A DNA stretch of 64,000 bases from NCBI RefSeq assembly GCF_000315625.1, contig NW_005434666.1:916748-980747 (forward strand). The letters are read 5' to 3'. Below the pieces are notes generated by a model. It saw only the letters and a list, made by a program, of their open reading frames with translations. It was not told where the DNA came from and did no database searches. Source of the stretch: Guillardia theta CCMP2712 (Eukaryota; Protista; Cryptophyta). The position numbers and the translations under genes are program-made. Below are positions 38,730 to 50,327 of the stretch, one piece after another. Within the stretch, counting starts at the first letter, position 1; each line of letters begins with the position of its first letter.

Positions 38730-41003
38730 ATGGCGATGCTCGGGGAGGAGGAGTTGGAGGCTGCGCTAATGGCGTACTGCAAGAGCGTGGGAGGAGGAGG
38801 AGGAGGAGGAGCATCTGAAGAGTCTTTCGCCAAAGGTATCGGTGGGTCGAAGGAGGATCACATAGCAGAGAAGGTTTGCCCCTGCTCCCTCCAACACATT
38901 CATGACTGATCCGCTCCTGCGCAGGTGGCAGGGGAGGTCCTGCGAAGCGCCGGATCGCAGCCCTCGGACGAGGCTGGCAAGGAGAGCAACACTACCTTGT
39001 TCGAAAAGTGGATCTATGGCACATCAGCAGCAGCGAAGGAGGCGCTGAAGGGGAAGGCGGCTCCCCCTGCAGGAGAGTACTCCAAGGGGAGGTGGATAAG
39101 GACACTGAACAATCAAGGGACGTGCTACCTGTACATACACACCTCCACGTACCAAATGCAGGGGACAAGGCCGGAGGACTTCGTCGATGATGGCAAGCAA
39201 GAGGAGGCTGAGGATCCTTACGAGAACTTCCCCTCGTGCTACAAAGACGATATGGATGACGCTGTATGGGCTGTTTACGCATCCCTTGCCCTGCATCCCC
39301 TGCCCTGCCTCCACTCCCCTCACCGTCCTGCCCTGCCCTGCCCTGCCCTGCCCTGCCCTGCCCTGCCCTGCCCTGCCCTGCCCTTCCCTGCCCTGCCCTG
39401 CCCTTCCCTGCCCTGCCCTGCCCTGCCCTGCCCTCCCTCCTCTGCCTCCCCTGCCTCCCCTGCCTCCCCTGCCTCCCCTGCCTCCCTTTCTCTCTGTCCT
39501 CCGCAAAGCCTCCAGAAGAGAGCTTGACAAGTTCTGCTGTAGATTGCAAAGCTTTGGAAGTCCGGGAAGGTGCCTTTGCTGTTGTGCTGCGGGGACCAGG
39601 GGTACGATGAAGTGAAGGTCAGAGCACGAAGAGTTGATCTCGCAGTCTGAGGTTACAGCTGCAGAAACTTCTAACGTCCAGTCCCAAGAATCAGTTGCTA
39701 GACGTTGCCCCTTTCGTGAAGGGAGTCATCGCTACTAAGGTGAACGACTGGCAGGAGGAGGAGACCTTTCACTCAGACCCATCCTTCCATGCAGATCAAG
39801 TTCGCCGACCATGTCGAGACAGCTCGCAAACTTGCGGTGCAGGCGATGAAGGCAGGAGGGATTCTGGTGACTTGTAGCTGCGTTGTCAAGATGCTCAGGC
39901 TTTGGGGCAGGTAATCGACCTTTCGACTATTGGCAGCCCAAACTGGAAAGAGAAGATCTGCCAGGTGGAGGAGTACAAGAAGGTAAGTTTGAGGAAGAGG
40001 AAGTTTGGTGTCTGGAGGAAGAAGGGAGGAGGAGGGAGGGAGGGAGGGAGGGAGAGAGAGAGGGAGGGAGGAGGAGGAGGAGGCGGATTCTTACAGGATG
40101 ATATTATCTTCAGTCATTTCCGATCTGGGTCTTGGATCCGAACGCCCACAAGGAGGTTGACAAGCACGGGCAGATCTTTAGGAAGGAGGAGAAGAAGGAC
40201 GTAGGAGACAAGGTGAGCCTCTCTCCTCTCCTTGCCTTGGTGATGCCATCCTGTAAGGACTGGGACGAAGCGCTCGCCGAGTCTCTCCCATCCTTCCGTG
40301 CGACTTTTGGGGGATGGAGGCGAAAATTGACGATAAGGGACAGGGATCGTTTACCTGTGCGCGTTCGGTCCAGACAACTATGAGAAGAATGTGCAGAGTG
40401 AGATGCTTCCGCAGGTGAGAAGTTTTTGACTTGCCGCGGGTGAGGATGTGAACTGACGATGATGATGGGTAAGGGGAAATGGAGTGCTTTGAGAGTGAAA
40501 CAAGAGGTTTCTTGCTGCTGCCCTGCGTGCTCCCGTCCAAGTGAAGTTGTCCTTGTCCAGTTTGATTCGAAGAGTATCAACCTCAAGTCTCTCATCGACA
40601 CTCTCGATTCCATCATTCACGAGAAGGTTGTCTCGTCTGTCGTCACGACTTGATCTGTCTGCATGTTTGCCTGCCTGACTCTCGTCTCGTTGTTGGATCG
40701 AGTTCCGTTAATCTTTATCTTGTGTTCTCTACTCCAGGGCAAGATACCCGTCATCTCAGATCCCACTGAGAACACCGACACCTTTTTCGCCTTTCAGAAC
40801 AGCAACGTGAGCTGTCAGTGTTTGCCTGGCTACCCTGACCTGCCGTGGAAGATCATTGAGATGAAATCTGTCATCGTTGCCAAGAGCTCACAGGGTCTTG
40901 AGGTCAGTCGCCTCTCCCACCTCGATCGACTTTTCTTCTGAAGGGATTGCATGCCCCGCTAATGCGCATCTGTCAATGTTTCGTCTGCTCGTGCTCGTGC
41001 TCG

Positions 41004-41091
<88 letters not shown>

Positions 41092-41787
41092 TCTTCTTAC
41101 ACCCGCTTCATCCCTCATGGTTCTGTCAGAGCGCCCTTGAGAAGATGAGGCAGAAACTCGTAGCAGCGCTCAAATCAGGTTCCTCTCATGACCAGAGGAG
41201 GAGTGTAACCTGTGGCAAGGGAACACGCTTGTCCTCCGACTGTCCAACTCTACTCCCGACCTTGAAGTCGTCTCCTCCATCTCCTCCTCATCTCGTCGCT
41301 GATGGATCTTGACAGGCGTACAAGTCCGACGAGTTCTTTCCCTCAATCCTCTTCGACTGCCACGTGGAGGAGGTAAGGGGCTCAGCCTCCTCAGCCCTGC
41401 ACGTAACGACTGGCTCCAGGTTGAGGAGCAGGCCGAAGAGCAAGTCTACGGTGGATTTGGAGGGAAGGCGAGCGAAGGTAAGGAGGAGAAGGTGGAACGG
41501 AGGGTGACAGCGAGCAAGGGCCAGGAAAGAACCGTCTCAAGACGAAGGCTGTGTTCGACGTGTGCGGGAAGGAATGGCTGAACAAGCTCTTCCGTGAGCA
41601 GGACAAGGAGTCTGGCATAGCAGTGGTAGGATCATGCCATCGCGTCTTGCTTCCCTGAAGCTCCTGACAGAGTCGAGACGGATTCAAGATCATCGTTACC
41701 ACCAACCTCAGCCCGGCAGAGATCAGCAGCAAACTCTCTTCCTCCCTCCCTCTCTCCAAGTGCATGATACTTGAGGTGAAGGAGTGA
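38730..41787 (+). CDS. Multi-exon protein with a WW-like motif and two copies of an IQANK1-C/dynein-AAA5-like alpha/beta domain
   Basis: WW-like GRWIRTLNNQGTCYLYIHTSTYQMQGTRP. Repeat 1: KLWKSGKVPLLL...ARKLAVQAMKAGGILVIDL. Repeat 2: IIHEKGKIPVISDPTENTDTFFAFQN...MRQKLVAALKSGTRLVLRL...DGFKIIVTT. Confidence 0.6.
39326..39485. repeat. (CCCTG)n pentamer followed by (CCTCCCCTG)n, intronic
   Basis: Visible tandem repeats. Confidence 0.95.
40985..41090. repeat. (CTCGTG)/(CTCCTG)n intronic microsatellite
   Basis: Visible tandem hexamer. Confidence 0.95.
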
Positions 41788-41910
41788 TGATTAGTTTCAA
41801 TGATTATTTTCAAACTTCTTTAAACCAAGAGTTCGGTGCCTCCATTGAACTTTTACATTTGACAACTTACCCCTGTTACCTTTCGTTTCAAACTAACACT
41901 TGCGTTGCCT

Positions 41911-44361
41911 TCACTTGGGAAACGAGGGACGACGGGATATGTCGAAGGGGTTGATAAAATCTGTAGGCAGCATCCCAAACGTAGGAGCTCCGGCTGATCT
42001 TACTCCTGTCGCACCAAACGATGAGGCTCCACCAGCCGCTGCCGCAGCAGCCGCCGCCGCCACAGTAGCTACCGCAGCAGCAGCTATATCGCCATGCTGG
42101 TTCTCTCCCTCTCCCTCGATGTGGGTGAAGCGATTGTTGGGCATCAGCGTTGAAAGTCGAGCTTGATTCGCATACAGCCCATGGAATGCCCCGAGAAAAG
42201 GTTGAAGCACCGGAGGCTGCGGCGGCAACGCCACCAAACGAGAGGGAAGCGGCTGAATGTCTACAGCTGGCTGCATCCGACCCTGCACGGTGCTGAAGGC
42301 AGAAGGACCGGCATCCGCCTGTCCTCTATCTCCTGAATTCAGGAAAGACTCGCGAATCTGCTGCAAGGAGGAGGCGAGGGAGATAGATTCAGTGTTCAAG
42401 GCCTCGGTGCCTGACCGGGGCATCATGATCCTGTTGGCAGCGCCTGTCAGTTGTTCTGGCTCCCCTGAGCTGAAGGTTGCGAGCTGCTCTTTGGCACGTG
42501 ACATTCGCACAGCTTCCGCCGCCTCGACCAGCGGCGCAAACCTCTTTTCCAACGCCTTGGCGAACAGGCTCAACTTTTGTCGTCCTGCATCTGTCTTGAC
42601 CATGGAAGCGATAGTTTGCTGCCATGAGATCAACATCTGGTATTCTTTCTCCTCTCAATCTCACCATGTCATCCTCGGGAGCGTCCTTCAACAGCGTGTC
42701 ACCGTCTCGGTAATCGCCCATATCATAAGCAAATGGTCGGCACGTTGCTGGATCTATCTTTTGTCTTGCATTGTATTCTTCTGGCGTACACTGCAGACAA
42801 GGCATTAGTAGCTATGAGGGAGGGTAAGTAGACCATCTATTACCACTATCATAAAGTGTCGAATGGCTTCTGACCTTCCTAACCAATCAAACTGCTTCTC
42901 GGTGACATGTCGCACCCTGGCTCGCAGCAGGTGAGGAGACGACAGATCAAAGTACTCACTAGTCACTCACAAGGCATATCCCGAGGTCGGACCGATACAT
43001 CTAAACCTTGCATACCTCGTGCATGTATGTTGCTTTGATCGAAGTATCTGAAGATGAGAGTCAGAGCGAGTTACAAGCTCCCTTGCGTACATCATCCATG
43101 CAGTAGCACAGCCAGTCGAACTGTGACATGTGCAATGGAACCTCGCGATTCGCAAGACGAGCAAGCATTTCCTGTAGCACTCAACTCAAACCCTCTGGAC
43201 GCGTTCAGGTCAAGATCGGCTAACCTCTTTGTGCATGCCATTCAGTTTTGCCAAAGTGTTAGAGACGAAGACATCGTCCCTTTTATCCGATGTCGGATTC
43301 CACCTCAATCTCAACACTCCGGCATGCTCGGAGCTTTCCCAAATCTTGTTTTCCAAATCTTCTACGATCTCTCTGTCAGAATTTATCTTGGATGCGTCGC
43401 TGAGTTGAGTGATCTCTTTGGGCACTTTCCTGGCCATAGCAGCCTACGAGCTCAACATCAACATGGCTCCGAAAGCCAGCGGGAATCATATTCATACCAT
43501 TCTTTCTTTCACGAGTACATCTAGAGCTGACAATCCTCGTCTCATGACCGCTTCCAAATCAGGCGGAAGATTTGCAAAAATGTCTAACAAAGACTTTTGA
43601 CAGGTTCCAAACTCCCAACACCTGCATCATACTTGATCAGTAGATCTCCAACAACGAGTCCGTTGACCTCCTCAAAACACCATGCGCCCAACCACGGTCT
43701 TTCATCACTTCGCTAAGCAAGCACTCCTGCTTCAAAAACTTTTCGTCGTAAGCGAAGGAGAGATTTCCTCTGAACCTGATCGAAGACCGTCAATAGATTA
43801 TAGAACACCTCTGAGTTGCTATCACCCTATCGGCCTTTCAATCTCCCCACTGTCCTCCTCTCGCACATTCCGAACGGCAAGAGATAGTTCATCGCCCCTC
43901 GAGTCTGCCGACTGCAAACACGAGTCTCCCTTTCCCAACCGCTTGCATCTCCCACATGGTCGCGACTCATCACATTTCACTTTGGATCGACGGCACTGCA
44001 GACATGCACGCGAAACCTGTTTCCTCTTCGGCTTTGACAGCAAGAACGCGCTCTCTTGGTCGTTCAGGTACCAGTTCTCGTCCTCATTCGGAGCGTTGGG
44101 GTCTGAACTGGAGGACCGGCAGGTCACTGCATCTCCATTGCGCACACAGAAGCTGCATGGCCGTCTATCATCGCACTTCACCTTGGACTTTCTGCATGCT
44201 TCACATGCTTTCTGCACATGCCTCCTCTTGTGCTTTCTTTGTTCGTCGCCGGGCCCATCCGTCGGAGAAAGTTGATCAAGAGACACTGGTACCCTCGCAC
44301 CCTCCTGATCTGCCGCACTTCCCCGTGCTTGCTGGGTCTCCTCGAAATCAGATTTGGCCAT
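41911..44361 (-). CDS. Zn(II)2Cys6 binuclear-cluster transcription factor with two tandem clusters
   Basis: ACEACRKSKVKCDDRRPCSFCVRNGDAVTC and ACLQCRRSKVKCDESRPCGRCKRLGKGDSC. Downstream exons (LAKLNGMHKEE.LARLANRE..) and a low-complexity C-tail ending RRPSFPK*. Confidence 0.85.
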
Positions 44362-44916
44362 GATGCGCCTCCCCTCTAAATCAAAACCATGGCCCAGCGA
44401 TCTGGACAAACCGCGTCAAATAAGTGTCGTACAAAGAAGCAAAGAAGCATTGGGCTACAAATTTCAAAGGTTATCAACACCAAGGTTCTTGGACTAGCGG
44501 GCAAACAGAGATTTAAGTTCGCTAAAGAAAACTTCATCCTTTGGACGATCTGCCCTGATGATTCCAATGTTGACAACATTTCTCAGTTACGCCTTGGGAG
44601 AAATGATGAAGGAGGGAGCGCGCGTGCGTGCGGGGGGGATGCGTTTTCTTTCGCCTACTGCATTCTTTCCCTTTTGGCACTCACGAGATCAGTTTTCTAC
44701 CTTGCTGCTTTCATCTTCCTCCCAACCATTCCCATCGCTCTCCTGCTTCTCCTCCATCAGGTGCATGAACTGCACTACCCCGCCTTCAGTCACCTGTACC
44801 ACCCCACCCTACTCGGAACGAACGGATATTCCCCCTCTCCTGATTTAAAACCAACTTTGAGTAAAATGGAATGAGTTGTCAACAGGCAGCTTTGTTGATG
44901 TTTTTGAGGATAAAAC

Positions 44917-45083
44917 AGGGAGGGAGGGAGGGAGGGAGGGAGGGAGGGAGGGAGGGAGGGAGGGAGGGACGGAGGGAGGGAGGGACGGAGGGACGGAGGG
45001 AGGGACGGAGGGACGGAGGGACGGAGGGAGGGAGGGACGGAGGGAGGGACGGAGGGACGGAGGGAGGGAGGGAGGGAGGGAGG
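44917..45083. repeat. (GGGA)/(CGGA)n tetramer tract
   Basis: Visible tandem repeat. Confidence 0.95.
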
Positions 45084-45163
45084 ATGACAGCGGAGAGAAG
45101 GAGCATGATCGGTGAGGGAGGGAGGAGATATGGTGAAGCATTTTTCTTGAGAGCAGACACTTA

Positions 45164-46734
45164 GATGCTTTCCACTGTTTGAACCTGCAGATTTGGTTCG
45201 TTGCTGTACGAAAAATAGTTGAGCAAAACGTGACATGTTACTTGAACCTAGAACGTACCCCTTTGATACTTGACTCTTAATATTCCTTTGCGAAATATGC
45301 TCATGGAGAACCTTGTTTGCTCCACGTGGCTTGTTTCGGATCATGGATATAGTCATAAATTGATGGGAAGATCAAGGAGAGAAACGTGAATACTGACGAG
45401 GGCAGCAGTCTTGACCAAAGAAGGTGGCTAGGTACTTCGTTCTTGCACACGATCAGGCAGAAAATCATTTTTTTTTCCAAACATCACCTTGAAAGCTCGA
45501 GGGTGGCACATACCCTAACTTCGAGGCTGGTTGATGTCAAAGACCATATGTGTCAGCATCAACCATTCTATCTTTAAGATGCTCCGATCCAAATCCGCAA
45601 AACAGGTTTGTGTTGTCGTATTTTCTTTTTGGAGCCAAAAACTCAAAACGCCATATTCGCAGCGTGAGCAGAAGTGGGTTGATTCGGTTCCTGTTTTCTG
45701 TTTATTCTTCTTTTCCGATTAAAGGATTGTTTTGTTTTGTCTCGTATGGCCACAAACTGAGATTTAGAGCACTATTGTTATCTCCTTAACTGCATGCATG
45801 ATTCACCTGGCATTACCAAATCTTGCCACAGGATGGACGATGAACTTTTAATCTTGTTGTTTCTTTTACCTGAGTGCAACTCGTCCGACTCTTGATGAAT
45901 AGAAGTGCTGCTTCTAGACATATTTTCAAATGCAAACTCTTGATTCCTGCTAGTCTAATGCGTCAATGAAGGGAAAAGCGTGGGATAGAGGAGCAATCTT
46001 TGTTTTTGATCATCGATCTAGTTGGCTTTTTGACCAGTTTACAACAAAATGGCCATGCTATGCGCCAAGAATAAATTTGAGGTTTGTAATCAAAACTTTT
46101 TTAAAACGACAGAGACGCTCATATTTTGCAAGGATAGAAGTATGATAGAAGAATTCTTGTCCAATGAGATGCTGACGACGATCAACCAATCATGACAGGT
46201 GTGATAATGTACAACAAAGGTCCACCACACAGGCGGATTTTGACATAGATACTGAGGTAAGACTTTGCCTTCACGTGATCATGTCTTATCTGTTAAACAG
46301 TGGCTGCAACAAACGGGAAACTTCATGCTTTCTGTTCTGCATGAACTAATCTTGAAGTGATCAGTATTTCCCACCCGCAGTGAAAGTGTATCTTCTGGTT
46401 CATCCTTGAATGAGGGCGATTCTGCCCGTGTTGCATAGTAAAGGTTTTCAGCAATATCCTGCATACTCTGTATGCTAGATCTGCGAGAAACAGATCGACT
46501 ACGATCACCTCCAGTCTTCTTGAGAATAATCTCTTTCGCAAGCCATCTTACAGCTTCGTCCTTTCCGACTGACTTGGCAAGTTCCAAAAACAGGTACAAA
46601 TCCGCGTTTGACAACGGGCCATTTAGCAACTCTCTTGCCACATTTCCGTTGCATGCTGCCTCCTTCTGCCCCTTCTTCATCCCACCGGTCTCTCTCGCCC
46701 GTCCTCGGCTGTTGGCTCTTTCGTTCGGCGCCAT
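45164..46734 (-). CDS. Hypothetical protein or degenerate gene in an AT-rich block (3' end uncertain)
   Basis: 151-aa ATG ORF 46279-46734 looks coding (LSNADLYLFLELAKSVGKDEAVRWLAKEII). Downstream frames are fragmented. Confidence 0.35.
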
Positions 46735-46839
46735 GAGTGTTATGTGCCCAAAGACGACCTTCTGCGGCTGTCCTTGTTTTTTGCTTTTCTAAAATGATGA
46801 TTTATGATTATTACCCATTGTAAGTTTATAAATCAATAA

Positions 46840-47560
46840 CCTTTTCACACCACCCGTAGTTTTCATATTATGGTACCCCTCCCCTCTGTAAGCATTGTCC
46901 TCCGGACATTTTTGAATACTCGTCCTACCCCTTCGTCAATTCCGACTGGTTGAGTTCTTGAGATCAGAACCCCTTCCTTTTCCACAATTAGTGTGCAAAC
47001 ATATACCCCTCCTTCGCAACATGACCTACCCACCATCCATCTATATGGTATTTCAAAAACTCATTTTAAAGACTGGTCCTACCATGGATCTGCGCAACCT
47101 GATCCAATCTCGAGCTGGAGCAAACATCGCTCGACTTTTTGGGCCCCCCTCCCCGACGTGCACCCTCACCCCCCACCCCCCATCCTCCTGATCAAAAGCA
47201 GGAACTCCAGGGGGTACATTAAAGCAATGTCCGAACCAATTGACATGTCCAGCATTGAGATTACCACATGTCAGCAAGGACGGAGGACCGGCTGTAGTAA
47301 AGACAATCTTCCAACGAAGAAGCTCTGTAATACAACGTTTCGGAACGTTCTGACAGAGCAGTGCTGAAAACACTCCTTTCACATCAATCTTGCGGTGCAA
47401 TCAAGGTCAGCCAAGGGGTTCACCCTTTTATAGATGATTTTCTACCCCAACTCCCACTCCGAAGAACCAATGTCAATTCAGTACCCGTCTCGTATCCATG
47501 CATCCCCTCTAAATAGTACGGGTCCGCGTTGCTCGACCTACCCCCACCCATCAATCTCTT
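46840..47560. promoter_or_regulatory. ACCCC-motif-rich intergenic block
   Basis: Repeated tacccc/cacccc words between divergent genes. Function is inferred. Confidence 0.35.
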
Positions 47561-47689
47561 GAAGAAGAAAAAGTCGCACAAAAATAACCCGCCTCAGTGG
47601 CGTTCGATCGTGCCCAAAAAAACTTCAACGCCGGGAGTCCACCGTGTATCTAGCATTTTACTCAAAAGTCAAGTCCGGTACTGATTGCG

Positions 47690-48230
47690 CCGTGCGCAGC
47701 CCCGGCGACTGATGACTCGATGATCTTCACAATGACGGTCTGTCTGGTCACGGCGCGGCTCGACCGAGTTGCCCGGCCGGTCGCCGCGGGCCCGGAGTCG
47801 GCGGCGTCAGTCACTCACTCTCATTTCTGGTGGGCCCGCCTCAGTTGAAGGAGTCAATTTACTCAAATCATGTTTGGTTCTCGCTGTCTTTTCTCTTCTC
47901 GCCGTTTGGCCTGTGCGACAGTGTCAGGGGCAAGCCCGCGCGCCTCCTCGACTCCCTTGACGATTGTCCTCGTGAGTGATTTTTAACTTACTAGTTAACT
48001 TTGAGTAAAGAAGACTGAGTCAGTGATGATAGAGCGGCCCGGCGATGATTTCCACTGCCGTGGGACTGTTTGCCCTAGGCTACTGTCACTGAGTCACGGC
48101 CCGGGCCCCACGGACCGTACCGGTACTAGACTGAGTCGGACCATGCGGACTCAGGGCCCGGTGAGCCTCGGAGTACCGGCCTGGCCGGCCCGGCGGCCGG
48201 GCCGAGCGGCGGGCGCCGGCGCTGCTGGCA
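47690..48230. other. GC-rich palindrome block upstream of the BRO1 gene
   Basis: gcccggccggtcgccgcgggcccgg, ccgtaccggtac and ggccggcccggcggccgggccg. TGAGTCA at 48016-48022 and 48090-48096. Confidence 0.6.
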
Positions 48231-48763
48231 ACTTGAAGGTATGATCGATAAGTGAGAGGTATAGTTGATACATGATCGGTTTTACACAGCCAACTTTGCT
48301 GCTACAGCGACTGGTGGATAGACAAGACGAGGCTGAGAATGCGGAGGAGGCACGATGAAGCAAAAAGTGGAAGGGTGCTCGATGAGAGCGAGAGCATGCA
48401 TGCGGAGATGAGATGAGAGATGAGATGAGATGCGATGATGAATGTAGGAGACCGTTTTAGGACTAGGAGGAGAAGAGAGGCAAGGAAGAGGTTTTGGATT
48501 CAACACACAATGAACAAGGTTGAGAAAGCAAATTAGCGGATATGAAGAGGAAGATGGCAGGGGATCATGCAATGAAATGCAGTTTGAAGGGGAGAGCAGG
48601 AAAAGTAAGTCACTTAATCCGAATGAGTTCGGTTTTCGGCAAACACAGTTCTCAAACAAGGCGTAGTGCAGATCAAATAACTGTTTTGTTCGCAGGAGCT
48701 CCCGATGGCTTAATTCGTGGAACGGGTACCTGCACAAAATCTCTGGAGGCTGCGAGTGAAGAC

Positions 48764-50248
48764 ATGCCCACGGTCGAATGTCCTGCGTATACGAGGATAG
48801 CAGAGGATGTGGAGCTGGGGAAAAACTTGATGAAATTGTTGCCGCCTTCAGAGTCAGTGTCGCGCCAGTTCATCACAGCATGCAACACCTTGAATTTGCA
48901 GCGTCAAGAAGTTCGCAGGAGTTTGGATCGAGATTGGAATCAGCAGGTTCACCGAGCAGCAACTCAAGACAGCCTCGTCAAGTATTATGCCCACCTCACC
49001 ACCCCTCCCCTTTCTGTTGTTGACTTAGCAAGGCTCAACGTGAAGTTCAAGTGGAAAGACAGCATTGGCTACTCTAAAGCCGCCAGAGACATCTCTGGTG
49101 AGCTGGAGAAGAACAATCTCATCTACAACATCGGCGTTGCTTCTTCCTACCTCGCTACAGAGGTGTTGGTGAGCAATAGGTTGTGAGCAGCTCGCCCTCT
49201 GACTGTTGCTCGTATCCCCAGCAGCAGTCTGACAATGCATCTCGATTCGTTATCGCTAAGCGACACTTCGAAGAAGCTGCAGGAGCCTTTTGGCATGTGC
49301 GGCAGCGCATCATGCACGAGTCGGCTCCAGCTGGCCTCACAGCCGACAAGATGAATTTGGAGCTGAGGATAGAGAGCCTGGACGCGCTGATTGCTGTGAT
49401 GCTCTCTTATGCTCTTCGATGCGTCTACGAGAAGGCAAAGATGGACAACAGCCCCCCAAAGATCTTAGCTCGACTTGCACATAAGGTCAAACAGATGCAC
49501 TCTCTTTGGTAGAAGTTGACTGGTATGAAGGTTGCTGCATCCTACAATGCATCTGCAGGCTGCATGCAAGAGGCAGTGAGGATGAAGCAAGGCTTGGACA
49601 AGATGTACACGAGTTGGCAGCAGGTGATGCAAACTTTTGTCTCTGTGATGCAAGGGGACGCTGATGGGATTGTGTGCGCAAAGTATCTTGAGTTCGAGTA
49701 TGAGTACTACCTAGCGCAGGTGAGCTTCTTCGAGGCAGAATACTTTCAAGAGCTCATCATCTTTATGCAGGCACGTTTGCATTCTGCAGACGTAGATGAG
49801 CCAGCGATGTTCCCTGCCAAGGTCTTGCTTGAACGTTCAAGATTGTGCTGCAGAGCAATAAATGTTGGTACAGCATCGAGTTCATGTTCAGCTTGCAAAA
49901 GAGATGATGGAAAGACTCTACGCTGCCTCGAATAGGTTTTGCGACCCCTGGGTCTTCTGATCTTCTGATGTTGTCATGATAAGTACATCATCCAAACTGG
50001 TCTGTGCTGCCAAGATCTTCAAAAAGGTATTTGATGCAATACATCGTTCTTGAAGTTTGTCCCCTGAGAGGTATGCAATGTGCAGCATCGGCCTGATTTG
50101 CTGAAAGAGAAGACTGCTGTTGAAGGTATTTGGAGTGGGACATTTATCTTGCATGGAATGATGTTGACGACGACGACGACGACGACGACGACGATGATGA
50201 TGATGATGATGATGATGAAGATGATGATGATGATGATGATGATGATGC

Positions 50249-50327
<79 letters not shown>

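Noticed and set aside
38992-39615. Regularly spaced repeats as a CRISPR-like array, or PCPAL/GQGRA repeat proteins
   Set aside because: This is a pure (CCCTG)n tandem repeat with no spacers, in a eukaryotic intron. No CRISPR array or cas gene was seen in the window.
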